Origin: Bacteroides sp.
Lineage (GTDB): Bacteria > Bacteroidota > Bacteroidia > G022818785
NCBI GenBank assembly: GCA_022818785.1
Contig: CP063811.1
Location: forward strand, 154,460 to 170,902
Reading direction: 5' to 3'
DNA: 16,443 nucleotides
The notes under the pieces are model-generated. The model saw only the letters and a list, made by a program, of their open reading frames with translations. It was not told where the DNA came from and ran no database searches. Each line of letters starts with the position of its first letter. Position 1 is the first letter of the stretch. The translations under genes and the position numbers were made by a program. Below, in pieces: positions 15,079 through 16,443 of this stretch.

Positions 15079-16443
15079 CTCTATATATGTTTTTGCTATT
15101 GTGTTAATTGATAATACATAAGAAGCAGTTCTCATATCTTTGATTCTATTATCTCTATTCCAAACATCATTAATTTCATGATATGCTGTAATCATTGTAT
15201 CTTCTAGTCCTGAATTAACTAAATCAAGCTCAGAAGGGCCTTTCGCAAGAAATTTATATTCATCCTCCGTAAGAGATTTTCCTGTTAATCGTTTTAAAAT
15301 TTTTATTAACTCATGCCCCATATGTTGTTCATAACGTCTGTGTATTCTGCCAAAAGCTACATGAGATAAATTTTTTAACCATTCAAAATATGATACAGTA
15401 ACACCACCTGCATTTGCATATATATCTGGAATAATAATACAATTTTTATCAATCAGATATTTTTCTGCTTCAGGAGTAATAGGACCATTAGCTGCTTCAA
15501 CAATTATTTTAGCTTTTATATTAGCAACATTATCTTTATTAATTTGATTTTCCAAAGCTGCAGGTATTAAAATATCACAATCTTGATTTAAGCATTCTAT
15601 ACTATTAATAAAATTTTTAGTATTTTTATAATTTAAAATAGATCCTGTATTTTTTCTGTGCTTAACAACATCATTAACATCCAGACCATTTGGATCATAT
15701 ATTGCCCCTTCATATTCTAATAAGCCTACTATAATAGCATTTCCTTCTTCCTGAAAGAATTTGGCAGCATGATATCCAACATTACCTAATCCTTGTATTA
15801 TAATTCTTTTATTAGTTAATTGATTAGATAATCCAATTTTTTTCATATTTTCACCTATACTAACACATTCTCTAGTAGCATAAAAAACTCCCCTTCCAGT
15901 TGCGGCACTTCTACCTTGAATACCGTGTTCACTTAAGGATTTACCAGTAACACAGGCATAGTAATTAATATCTGTAGGATAAAAGGTTCTATAAGTATCT
16001 ACCATCCATGATATTTCTCTTTCACTAGAACCATAATCAGTAGCAGGAACATCTATACCTGCTCCAATGAAATTTTTTTTAATTAATTCTGATGTATATC
16101 GCCTAGTGATATTTTCTAATTCATCCTGATTATAATCATTTATATTAATTTTTATTCCACCTTTAGCTCCTCCAAAAGGAATTTTAACAATTGCATTTTT
16201 GTAAGTCATTAAAGCTGATAAAGCCATTATTTCATTTTCACTGACATGTTCACTATATCTAATTCCTCCTTTTGTAGGTTGCATATGATGCGAATGTTCT
16301 ATTCTCCAAGAACTTATCATTTCTAATTTTCCATTACTTCTTCTAATTGGAAAATTAAATCTACCTATATTTTTACATTGTTTTATTAAATTTAATAATC
16401 CTTTATCATATTTTGTATGAGTAGCAGCCTTATCAAAAAAAAA
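15061..16443 (-). CDS. gdhA: Glutamate dehydrogenase (Glu/Leu/Phe/Val DH family); 5' end beyond the window
   Basis: PTKGGIRY, MTYK, PFGGAKGG, DVPATD, TGK, ATGRG, QGLGNVG, EAANGP, NAGGVTVSYFEW. The frame stays open upstream of ATG 16320 to the window end (FFFDKAATHTKYDKGLLNLIKQCKNIGRFNFPIRRSNGKLE), so the true start lies outside. Confidence 0.95.
   Translation of the reverse strand, partial: FFFDKAATHTKYDKGLLNLIKQCKNIGRFNFPIRRSNGKLEMISSWRIEHSHHMQPTKGGIRYSEHVSENEIMALSALMTYKNAIVKIPFGGAKGGIKININDYNQDELENITRRYTSELIKKNFIGAGIDVPATDYGSSEREISWMVDTYRTFYPTDINYYACVTGKSLSEHGIQGRSAATGRGVFYATRECVSIGENMKKIGLSNQLTNKRIIIQGLGNVGYHAAKFFQEEGNAIIVGLLEYEGAIYDPNGLDVNDVVKHRKNTGSILNYKNTKNFINSIECLNQDCDILIPAALENQINKDNVANIKAKIIVEAANGPITPEAEKYLIDKNCIIIPDIYANAGGVTVSYFEWLKNLSHVAFGRIHRRYEQHMGHELIKILKRLTGKSLTEDEYKFLAKGPSELDLVNSGLEDTMITAYHEINDVWNRDNRIKDMRTASYVLSINTIAKTYIELGIWP

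Noticed and set aside
1-16443. CRISPR array, IS/prophage, toxin-antitoxin or defence system
   Set aside because: No spaced direct repeats and no transposase, integrase or nuclease motifs; every long ORF is a recognisable housekeeping family.

Overview
Gene-dense window of roughly 20% GC (estimated by eye) from a highly reduced Bacteroidota genome, very likely an obligate endosymbiont. It uses standard code 11 (Trp=TGG) and has A-rich, Shine-Dalgarno-less starts. Gene order: mrdA/PBP2 (partial, -), gltX (split by a +1 frameshift), glnS, tRNA-Pro(TGG) and tRNA-Ser(GCT) (-), mtaB (-), greA, HIT, rsmA (-), pdxA, rpmF, a ~280 bp non-coding gap, tatC, rpiB, fumC, stand-alone nuoC, ubiX (-), tsaD, a degenerate extended SDR, and gdhA (partial, -). 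I found no mobile element, CRISPR array or defence system. The most notable observations are: (1) the essential gltX is frameshifted at an (AT)n microsatellite while the skipped linker is still conserved; (2) a ~70 bp AT-only inverted repeat with a perfect 30 bp core fills the mrdA/gltX divergent gap; (3) a full-length SDR has lost both its NAD-binding glycines and its catalytic Lys; (4) the GDH carries an animal-like antenna insertion; (5) several protein signatures suggest a Sphingobacteriales-type rather than the usual Flavobacteriales symbiont lineage (inference from recalled homologues).
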